Virus record (IMG/VR): IMGVR_UViG_3300021961_000037
Span: 1 to 64,000 of that record
Origin: a virus
Length of the DNA stretch: 64,000 nt
Reading direction: 5' to 3' (one strand)
A program made the translations under genes and the position numbers. The notes under the pieces are model-generated. The model had not been told where the DNA came from, did not search any database, and was given only the letters and a program-made list of their open reading frames with translations. This document shows positions 26,538 to 34,533 of the stretch, one piece after another. Within the stretch, counting starts at the first letter, position 1. Each line of letters opens with the position of its first letter.

Positions 26538-29500
26538 TATGCCCTGACCCTTCTGTTGCGACGCCTAACTGGTGTCAATGATGTCCTCAAAAGTCTACGG
26601 GGATCAGACTCAACTTTTTCTCTAGCGAATGTCAAAATACCGCCACCAATTGGTGCATTAGCAAGGAACCACCCTTTAACCTGAGCATCACGAACCTTAT
26701 CTTTGCCGCTTCCCGAGACGGCAAAAATCATTTCTTGGTGTGAAACCCGTGGCTTGGTGAGCAATTTCCTCACTAGTGCATATTCTTGGTCGTTGCGAAT
26801 AAGCCCACCGCCACCAAATTTCTCATAGAAACGAACTTCTTCAAGAAACGATTCAACCGGGAATGCTGATCTTGGCTTATAGCCAACTTTTGCCCAAACA
26901 AACTGACCATCCTGAGCGGCTGTAACTTTTGCTTTGGTTACGCCAATTGCTTGGAGACCCATGAAGGCATAGTTGTTGTAAATGGTTGCAATACCATTGT
27001 TTTTGTCGGCATCATTGGTGATGAAAAGTGTTCCGTTGTACACCTGCTTGTTGTTCAAAGTTATTGACCTTGACGATGAGCCGACTTTTCGAAGTATCCG
27101 ACCGTTACTGTCAATTTCATTGAAATTAACCTCAACACTGAAACTTGAACCAGAGCCCCTAACAGAGGCAACGGCGTTGTAGAGTTTCCCGTTTTCTCCA
27201 ACAATTTTGTCATGCTGATAGAGATTTTTGATATAAGCCTGCTGCTCGGAAGGTTGCAACATGCGGAATGCTTCAGGCGTCATGTCCTTCCACGGCAGGT
27301 CGCCATCGCCATGTCGTTGTCTTAGGTATTCACCGATTTTTTTCTTGCGTCGCACAATTCCATCACCAATAACATTTTTGATGTTGTCCGCCACACCCTG
27401 CCCGAGTTTCGCTGCTTTTTCATCAAGTTTGAAATCTGGTCGTTGCTGAGCAAAACGAACAGCAGCAATCAAATCGTCTTTGCGTGACTGATACGCACGG
27501 TATTGGGCGAGGTTTCCATACTCGCTACTTAGCGACGCAAGGAATTGAAGAACATTTTCGTTTTGGGGAGAATTTTTTATCCTATCTTTTAGTTGTGTAA
27601 TGCGTTCTAGTATCTGATTTTCGTTCTGTGGAATTGCAAGACGAAGATTCTGGTTAACCCTGTCTGCTATTTCTTGGTTGGTCGCATTTGCATTGATGGA
27701 AGCCAGAACTCTCAGCAGTGATCTTTGCATGGCTCTATTTGCAGAATGAACACCCTTCAAATGTTGACCATCCAACCCGTCAACCCAAGCAAATGCCTTT
27801 GCCCGCAACTGCTCATCTTGAATTCGATTAACAAAACCTTTAATTTCGTCAATTTCCTTCTTGTCAATACCTTTGATTTCCGCAGCAGCAAATGCTTTCG
27901 GTTTTACCCCACCAGCATTTACCTGTGGTGCGTTTGGAACAGTAGGAGGCTCTGGGGCGTTGGGCGCCTGTGGCTCTTTCGGTGCCTTTGGTGCTTGTGG
28001 CTTAGGCGCATTGCGTCGCTCATCACGCTCACGAATCAGCCTATTGATCCGGTTTGTTCGCTCGTTATAGTTGATTCGCGCAATTTCGTACTCTTCATTG
28101 CGGAGGACAACTAATTCTGCGAGAAGACCTATTTGTTCTTTGCGTTGGTCGTTATCTGGTTGGTTATTTATTAAATCTGCAATGCGATTAAGTGCTGATC
28201 GCCTATCCCCACTTCGTCCAGTCATCCTGTTGAGGTCGGCATCTCTTTGTTGATTGAGAAGAGGGATACGGTCTTCACCATACTGTCCAACAACACCAAT
28301 TACACGAGACTCAATCTCGTTTAGTCTTCCATCAAGTCCACGCAATCGTTGGAGGACGACTGAACGCCTATCTTCGCTCATCGGAAGACCTTCAACAAAC
28401 TTGCGGACTTTCTCTTCGTTCGCGGCGTTGCCACGCTCTGGAATGTCCGAAAGCAAATCAGTCGCTTTGATTCTTTTTCTGGGCGCAGGTTTTGGCGGTT
28501 GCGCACCAGCATCTGGAACCGCATCAGCGTTGGGTCGTTGTGTTGCAACACGCTCGGCCCTCTGCTCCGAAGCAACGCGACGACGCTGGCGCCTCGGCCT
28601 TGGCGTAGGCTGAACTGGTTGAGCCTCTGGAGCGTCAACTCTTGGCGCATTTTCATCCGTTCTTGGAGCACCAGGCTGAACAATCTCCCGCTGCATTCGT
28701 CGTTGTTCCGATGGACGAAGATTTCCACGGCTTTGGCGTCGGCGTCTTGCTGGTGCTGCTGGTTGTTCAACTACCCGCTCTACACGGTTGCGCCTACCAG
28801 CGTTAGCCCCACGGGGTCGTCGTGGTGGGTTGACTACCTCAGTTGACCTGTCATCATCTCGTCCTTCAAGCCGTTCTGCAACTCCTCGAAGACCACGCTC
28901 AAGACGACCTGCCCCTCGTTCGGCGTTTTGTAAACGGTTCACCATTCGTTCGTTGCGGCGATTTACTCTCCTGCCGCGGCGACCATCATCAATATTTTCA
29001 AGACGTTCACCGATATTTGTTATTGCATTAGCAATACGTCGCGCCACTCCCCAGCCACAGTTTCGTCCAAAGCGATCCGTAATTTGACCGCCATACCGCG
29101 TACCGACTGGGCACCGCCAACCTCCACGCCGGTTCGTTCCCGGAATTGACAGATTGGGGTCCCACATTGCCCGTACACGCTTTACCTCATAATTAAATGT
29201 TGTTTTGTGTCTTTCCGAAATGAATGCGGACGCTTTGTAGGCAATGATTGATTTTGCTTCTTCTGTTGAAAAAACCGATATTGGGGTGTCAGAAATTGAA
29301 ACAATAGGGAGCATCTTTTCTTGTTCTTGTGACTCAGATGCTTCTGCTTTCGCTTTTTCTATTGCCGCTGGAAGCAAATTCTGTGGCATTGGGCCGTCAA
29401 TCCTCATGCCTCTATCTAGTGAAACTGCAAGTTCTGATTTGGGTATTGGGGAATCCTCATATTCGTCAACAAGGGCGCTGACAAGTTCTTTCGCATTCTC

Positions 29501-29593
29501 TGTTAGGGGCGTGAATTTTGAGCCTTGGCTGGATACAAGCACGGAGAAGAAAGGCTTGTTGTCTCGTGTCCTAACCAGAAAAGCAGTGTTCAT
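26537..29593 (-). CDS. Putative virion-associated polymorphic effector with C-terminal GNAT acetyltransferase-like domain
   Basis: Shared RCPVGTRYGGQITDRFGRNC module; C-terminal LFI....KNNGIAT...GVTKAKVTAAQDGQFVWAKVGY (GNAT motifs A/B). Confidence 0.7.
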   Translation of the reverse strand: MNTAFLVRTRDNKPFFSVLVSSQGSKFTPLTENAKELVSALVDEYEDSPIPKSELAVSLDRGMRIDGPMPQNLLPAAIEKAKAEASESQEQEKMLPIVSISDTPISVFSTEEAKSIIAYKASAFISERHKTTFNYEVKRVRAMWDPNLSIPGTNRRGGWRCPVGTRYGGQITDRFGRNCGWGVARRIANAITNIGERLENIDDGRRGRRVNRRNERMVNRLQNAERGAGRLERGLRGVAERLEGRDDDRSTEVVNPPRRPRGANAGRRNRVERVVEQPAAPARRRRQSRGNLRPSEQRRMQREIVQPGAPRTDENAPRVDAPEAQPVQPTPRPRRQRRRVASEQRAERVATQRPNADAVPDAGAQPPKPAPRKRIKATDLLSDIPERGNAANEEKVRKFVEGLPMSEDRRSVVLQRLRGLDGRLNEIESRVIGVVGQYGEDRIPLLNQQRDADLNRMTGRSGDRRSALNRIADLINNQPDNDQRKEQIGLLAELVVLRNEEYEIARINYNERTNRINRLIRERDERRNAPKPQAPKAPKEPQAPNAPEPPTVPNAPQVNAGGVKPKAFAAAEIKGIDKKEIDEIKGFVNRIQDEQLRAKAFAWVDGLDGQHLKGVHSANRAMQRSLLRVLASINANATNQEIADRVNQNLRLAIPQNENQILERITQLKDRIKNSPQNENVLQFLASLSSEYGNLAQYRAYQSRKDDLIAAVRFAQQRPDFKLDEKAAKLGQGVADNIKNVIGDGIVRRKKKIGEYLRQRHGDGDLPWKDMTPEAFRMLQPSEQQAYIKNLYQHDKIVGENGKLYNAVASVRGSGSSFSVEVNFNEIDSNGRILRKVGSSSRSITLNNKQVYNGTLFITNDADKNNGIATIYNNYAFMGLQAIGVTKAKVTAAQDGQFVWAKVGYKPRSAFPVESFLEEVRFYEKFGGGGLIRNDQEYALVRKLLTKPRVSHQEMIFAVSGSGKDKVRDAQVKGWFLANAPIGGGILTFAREKVESDPRRLLRTSLTPVRRRNRRVRA

Positions 29594-29750
29594 TGATTTG
29601 CATCTTTCTAGATTGCAGAATAGTGCGTGCGTAGCATCAAAAACGCTATAGAAATCTTACCACTATGTGATATGCGCCGTAGAGCAAGCACGGGGAGACA
29701 GATTTTCGGTCAACCCAACACTGGATATGTAACCAATTTCAGAAGTTGTA

Positions 29751-30089
29751 TTATTCTGCCTTTGGTGTTGCCCACGCACTTGCTGTTGCCACTGACTTTT
29801 TTGCTCCGTCCGATTCTGGCTCAAAGAAATCAGATGGATTTGGTGAATATCCGTTTGACTCCCAGAATTTCCCTAAGTAGATATAGGCGATGTCTTCGTA
29901 TTCGTTTGTAGATGTCGCTTTTTCCAATTTTTCAGCGACATTGTTGAGATATGTTTTCGTCTCATCGTCGGTAGAAGGGTTAATCATTATGTTGACTTTC
30001 CCATCTTCAATCACAACAACAGAACGAGGCGCTTTACGCTTGTCTACATCATCAAGAAAATAACTTACATATGTTCCATCTTCAAACAT
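29751..30089 (-). CDS. Small protein, candidate immunity/partner of the kinase effector
   Basis: Starts 2 nt after the 948-aa gene stop, GGGAG RBS. Confidence 0.6.
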   Translation of the reverse strand: MFEDGTYVSYFLDDVDKRKAPRSVVVIEDGKVNIMINPSTDDETKTYLNNVAEKLEKATSTNEYEDIAYIYLGKFWESNGYSPNPSDFFEPESDGAKKSVATASAWATPKAE

Positions 30090-30091
30090 TT

Positions 30092-32938
30092 CTACTCCCT
30101 TGATGCTTGAGCGATATTGCGCAATGTTGCTTGGATGTTGTCCCTATTCGCTCTGATTCTATCTTGTGGCATGCCAATCGCTCGCCAATAACGAACCATT
30201 TCTGTAACCACATTTGCAATTGTGGCGTCAGACAGATTGCGGAAATTTTGTCTAATTGCCGCCGAATCAACCCTTTCCAGTATTCGTCTAGCATCGTCAA
30301 GAGACCTCTGTGGCACGATCCCACGCCCTCCTGCCATAATTCCATGGTCAATCGGCAGTTTCTGATTTCCCGCCCACATGTAGTTGTTGATATGCCTGTC
30401 TGGATTTCCAAGAATCTCATCAATAAACTTGACATGTTTTGATGCTTGGCGGTCAGGGCTGTTTGGAGCATTGCGCCCTTCGGTAACATCCATGCCATGA
30501 ACATCGCCAAAATGTTCAACAAGAATACTGTGGTTCATATTCCGTCTATTTCGCTCTCGATTTACACGCTCTTCTCTTGCTCCAATAATGCGAACACGCG
30601 CCATTGGGCGGCCAGACAACTGACCAATAAGAGCAGCCAACTGTTCACCCACCGCTTCATCTTCCACAAATGACGGAGATTTAATGATGTAGCGCTTTCC
30701 AGTTACCTGATCAACCACAAGATATGTTTTATGTCTGTCGGATGCGGCACCCCTATTATTGATACCGTTCCCAGGGTCTCCAAGTAGTTGAAATCTTTTT
30801 CCATTGACTGGAGTTCCCGGCATTGCTGCATTATCAAATATTGCGTCTTTGACCAAGAGGTCTGGGACATCATCAAGCGACCCGCCATTCGCTAAATGAT
30901 TTTTTGCATCAGTAGCATTATTGATTCCCACATTTCCACTTGCAACATGCTTTGGAACGAGGACGCCATCAACGACGGTGTGTCCCATGTTTTGCTCAAA
31001 TCGCTTATTGCCATGCCCGTGAATGCCAGTATTAACTGACCTGAGGTCAGAAGCCTTTATTTTGTCCCCATCAGCCCCTCGGCGTCGCCGTGTTTTACGA
31101 ACTGGTGTTTGTGGTTCTGGTAGCGGTTCTTCAGCCGGAGGTGGCTGTGGCGGTTGTGATGGGAGTCTGCGAGCAGGAGGCTCAGGCGGTGCCTGTCTTT
31201 GATTTGGGGCAGCAGCACCACGGTTGCGCTCTTGAATCATTCGGTTCACATAATCACCACGGGCATTGCGCTGATTGTTGTTGTCGTAGTAGCGACCGAA
31301 ACGGCGCTCAAGTTCGGCTTTTTCTTCGCCTTCAGGGAAATCTGGTTCACGCCAATACGCAGTGTCTGGAAGACCATTCTGGCGGAAGCGGTTATATACA
31401 TTTCTCTCTGAACGTGCATCGGGAAGACTTCCACCCAAATCTGGTGGTTGTGGTGGTGCGGGTGGTGCGGGTGGTGCTTCTGGAACAACTCGTGTTGGTC
31501 TAGCCGCAGGACGTTGCTGTGGAATCGGTTGGTCGGCAGGACGAGGACGGCGATTAGCGCCCTGACCAGCCTGTGCATCTGAAGCATTCACCCTGCGACG
31601 ACGCGGGGCTCGGGGTTGAGGTCGACGCTCTGGTCGTGGAGCAACATTCCTCTCGTCAGGAACTTCACCACCATTTGCGCGACCCCATGCTTCACGCAGA
31701 TTGTTGCGGTTGAATTTGTACCACTCATCTCGGGTGAGTAAACCAGCCCGACCGCCACGACGCTGAATTTCTTGCACACGATTCTCGTACTCGGCGTATT
31801 TGCGATTTACGTAGTCGTCGTACCTTTCGCCCGCTCGTGGTGCATCACCAATATCGCTGGCTGTTTCGTCCACTCGTTCTGCTGCTGCTCCTCGGCGTCG
31901 AGGTTGCCTTGGTGGGCGAGGTGGCTCCTCTGTGCGCGGAGCGCCAGGCTCTCGGACTTCTCGTTCCATTCTCCGCTGTTCAGATTCACGAAGATTGGGT
32001 CGCCGTCTCCTCGGCGGGCGAGGTGGTGTTTCTCTATCTTCTGGAACATCGATTTCTTGTTGCCGTTGCGGTGCGACACGACGAACAGGACCAACACGAA
32101 GCGGACCATCTTCGCCGAATACCTGCGCTAAACGACCCCTCCTGCGTCCGCCAGTTGTTGGTTCTGCAACGCCATCACCTTCAAGACGTTCTGCGATACC
32201 ACGCAATCCACGCTCAACACGTCCACCAGCGCCAGCATCTCGCCGGAGTCTGCTAGCCATTCTTTCATTTCTGCGATTTACTCGCCGACCACGACGACCG
32301 TCGTCAATGTTTTCCAATCGTTCGCCAATGTTGGTTATTGCATTTGCAATCCGTCGTGCTACACCCCATCCACAGTTACGACCAAAGCGGTCAGTTATTT
32401 GACCACCGTATCGTGTACCTACCGGGCACCTCCAACCGCCACGGCGATTTGTTCCTGGGATTGCCAAATTGGGATCCCATAGCGCACGGACACGCTTAAC
32501 CTCATAGTTGAATGTTGTTTTGGTTTGGTCAGCGATAAAGGCGAGCGCTTTGTATTCAATGATGTTGTGGCGAATTTCGCTTGGGAAGTCATCAATTACG
32601 CGGTCGGCAACATCTGATGAATATACGGTTTTTGAAATCATTGCTGGCGGCTTTGTTCCGCTTTCATATTGCGGAATGTTTGCTTCCTCTAGAAATGATG
32701 CAATCCGTGTTCGTGTTTCCCTATTGACTTGCAATGGACCCTCTATGCTCAGGTCATCATCAAGCGCCCCATCAAGTTCGTTTTTCTTTATCGGCTTGTT
32801 TTTGTAGGCTTCATCAAGCGCATTTGTGACATCGTCGGCATCTTCGGAAAGTGGCTGAAAGTCTGTTGACCCAGCAGAAACCGTTACGAGGATATACGGA
32901 CGGTTGTCTCGTGTGCGGATGAAGTAAACGGATTTCAT
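30092..32938 (-). CDS. Putative virion-associated polymorphic effector with C-terminal HipA/PI3-4-kinase-like domain
   Basis: Shared N-terminal module; YIIK...EAVGE.LA...ILGNPDRHINNY...PIDHG kinase motifs. Confidence 0.75.
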   Translation of the reverse strand: MKSVYFIRTRDNRPYILVTVSAGSTDFQPLSEDADDVTNALDEAYKNKPIKKNELDGALDDDLSIEGPLQVNRETRTRIASFLEEANIPQYESGTKPPAMISKTVYSSDVADRVIDDFPSEIRHNIIEYKALAFIADQTKTTFNYEVKRVRALWDPNLAIPGTNRRGGWRCPVGTRYGGQITDRFGRNCGWGVARRIANAITNIGERLENIDDGRRGRRVNRRNERMASRLRRDAGAGGRVERGLRGIAERLEGDGVAEPTTGGRRRGRLAQVFGEDGPLRVGPVRRVAPQRQQEIDVPEDRETPPRPPRRRRPNLRESEQRRMEREVREPGAPRTEEPPRPPRQPRRRGAAAERVDETASDIGDAPRAGERYDDYVNRKYAEYENRVQEIQRRGGRAGLLTRDEWYKFNRNNLREAWGRANGGEVPDERNVAPRPERRPQPRAPRRRRVNASDAQAGQGANRRPRPADQPIPQQRPAARPTRVVPEAPPAPPAPPQPPDLGGSLPDARSERNVYNRFRQNGLPDTAYWREPDFPEGEEKAELERRFGRYYDNNNQRNARGDYVNRMIQERNRGAAAPNQRQAPPEPPARRLPSQPPQPPPAEEPLPEPQTPVRKTRRRRGADGDKIKASDLRSVNTGIHGHGNKRFEQNMGHTVVDGVLVPKHVASGNVGINNATDAKNHLANGGSLDDVPDLLVKDAIFDNAAMPGTPVNGKRFQLLGDPGNGINNRGAASDRHKTYLVVDQVTGKRYIIKSPSFVEDEAVGEQLAALIGQLSGRPMARVRIIGAREERVNRERNRRNMNHSILVEHFGDVHGMDVTEGRNAPNSPDRQASKHVKFIDEILGNPDRHINNYMWAGNQKLPIDHGIMAGGRGIVPQRSLDDARRILERVDSAAIRQNFRNLSDATIANVVTEMVRYWRAIGMPQDRIRANRDNIQATLRNIAQASRE

Positions 32939-34221
32939 TTCTTTGCTTTTGCCTTAAGTGATTCCTTGATGAAAGCCTCATAAACCCATTTGCGCACTGT
33001 TCGCTCAACACCATCCGGACCAGTAAATGTCACTAGTTCAAGCGGTTCTGGGACATTGCCGAAGTCTTCTGTGTATTTGAATGCGCCTTTTGTTGCGTCC
33101 GCAAATTCTTTTATGTTTGCGCCGACATCATATGGATTCTTATTCACTGCACTGTTTAGTTGTCGCCCAAATTTCCGGCGTTCACCAACGGTCAGTGGTC
33201 GCTGTCTTTCAATGCTGATAGAAGCACCATTGGGTGCAACAAACGCAATCCTACTCATTGATGGGCCAGCGAGAAGCGCAAGATCATCGGAGGATATTGC
33301 TTGTGGCGTTCTTGCTGCGCGAATCATTGCTCCATCCAGCATGTCTTTGTTTCCGCTGAACTGGCGGAGAACAGACGATGGAACAACTGGACGAAGAACG
33401 ATTCCGTCACGACGAATCATCCGACCTTCACCATCCTCTGCGCTCTTCAGCACTTTGATTGCATCAAGAACCGACTTGTTGAAAGCCTTCCTATTCGGGG
33501 CGGCATTTCTTGGTATTTTTGCAAGACGCTGAATTTGAAGAGTTCTCTCACGCGTGTTTTGTCCCTGCACAACTTCAGAAAGACTTTCTGCGCGTGCAGT
33601 TGGTGGCTTATTGTTTGCACGTCGGATTGCTCGTGCAATCAAAGCCAAGGGTCCTGGGATGTCAAACAATTGGGCTCCACATGTTGAGAATTGGTTGTCT
33701 GTGAATCTGCCACCAAACTCAAATCCTGCAGGGCATCGTGAAATCTTGTCATTGACATTAGGGATGAAGCGACGAACCCCGCCACCACCACCTGGAGTGA
33801 GGGCGCGATAAATACCCGAACGTATCGGGTTCCTTGCCGGAGATACGTTTCCAGGTGTTACATATGAACCAATGCCTTGAATAGTCCTTCCAATTGTTGA
33901 ACCAGAACTAACAAGTCCTACTTTTTCGTTAATTGGGTCACCGCCAACAACTCCCCTGCTGATTGTTGAGCCAAGGCGTGACATTCTTTGACGAAGATAA
34001 AGATGTGCTTTAAGATTCAGCAAATCCCTGTTCCCGTTAAGTGGGGTTGAACGAATGTTGGAATGACTGGTTGCAAGTTGTTTAGATTCGTTGATTTTTA
34101 TGGTCATTTCCGTTCCGAGCGGGATGATTGTCCGTTTCACTGAACTTCCAGTACGGCATCGACTCTTCACCCTGCGTGTCCGCAGAAAGCGGTCAATTGT
34201 TTGATTTATGAAACTGCTCAT
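32935..34221 (-). CDS. Head-module protein with RCP..GG.FTD..C module and degenerate JAB/MPN-like domain
   Basis: RCPAGFEFGGRFTDNQFSTCG; GAMIRAARTPQAISSDDL...RIAFVAPNG (SxxD kept, HxH lost). Confidence 0.6.
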   Translation of the reverse strand: MSSFINQTIDRFLRTRRVKSRCRTGSSVKRTIIPLGTEMTIKINESKQLATSHSNIRSTPLNGNRDLLNLKAHLYLRQRMSRLGSTISRGVVGGDPINEKVGLVSSGSTIGRTIQGIGSYVTPGNVSPARNPIRSGIYRALTPGGGGGVRRFIPNVNDKISRCPAGFEFGGRFTDNQFSTCGAQLFDIPGPLALIARAIRRANNKPPTARAESLSEVVQGQNTRERTLQIQRLAKIPRNAAPNRKAFNKSVLDAIKVLKSAEDGEGRMIRRDGIVLRPVVPSSVLRQFSGNKDMLDGAMIRAARTPQAISSDDLALLAGPSMSRIAFVAPNGASISIERQRPLTVGERRKFGRQLNSAVNKNPYDVGANIKEFADATKGAFKYTEDFGNVPEPLELVTFTGPDGVERTVRKWVYEAFIKESLKAKAKK

Positions 34222-34281
34222 CGGTGCCCTTTATTAGGTCGCAACTTATTTGAGGCTGAAATAATTGTACATTACTGAATA

Positions 34282-34533
34282 TCACTCCGATTCCTTCGGT
34301 TTGTCACCAATTCCGACGGATTCACGCCACTGTTCAATGTTTTTGTCGTTGATAACGACTTTGCCGTTTCTTGGCCGAGTACTCAGCATTACATCAATAT
34401 CCGTCGGCATTACGGATTCAGTAACAATTGTATACCAGATTTCCCCGTCGTATCCATGAACATAGGTTGCGCCAAGAAAACTGGTGACCCTTTCGCCACT
34501 GTGCCCGGTGTAGTCAGGTACTTTTAACGCCAT
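34282..34533 (-). CDS. Small protein, candidate immunity/partner of the zincin effector
   Basis: TGATG-coupled after the 761-aa gene, GGAGG-like RBS. Confidence 0.6.
   Translation of the reverse strand: MALKVPDYTGHSGERVTSFLGATYVHGYDGEIWYTIVTESVMPTDIDVMLSTRPRNGKVVINDKNIEQWRESVGIGDKPKESE

Noticed and set aside
29594-29750. tRNA or ncRNA in the gap within the effector array
   Set aside because: No cloverleaf or T-loop signature; only promoter-like elements. No tRNA recognised elsewhere by eye
29751-30089. Resemblance of this small protein to the first 60 aa of the two large effectors
   Set aside because: Only a loose beta-strand pattern; too weak to claim without a profile comparison
28943-32521. 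Diversity-generating retroelement TR/VR pair
   Set aside because: Differences are synonymous and not adenine-specific; no reverse transcriptase in the window
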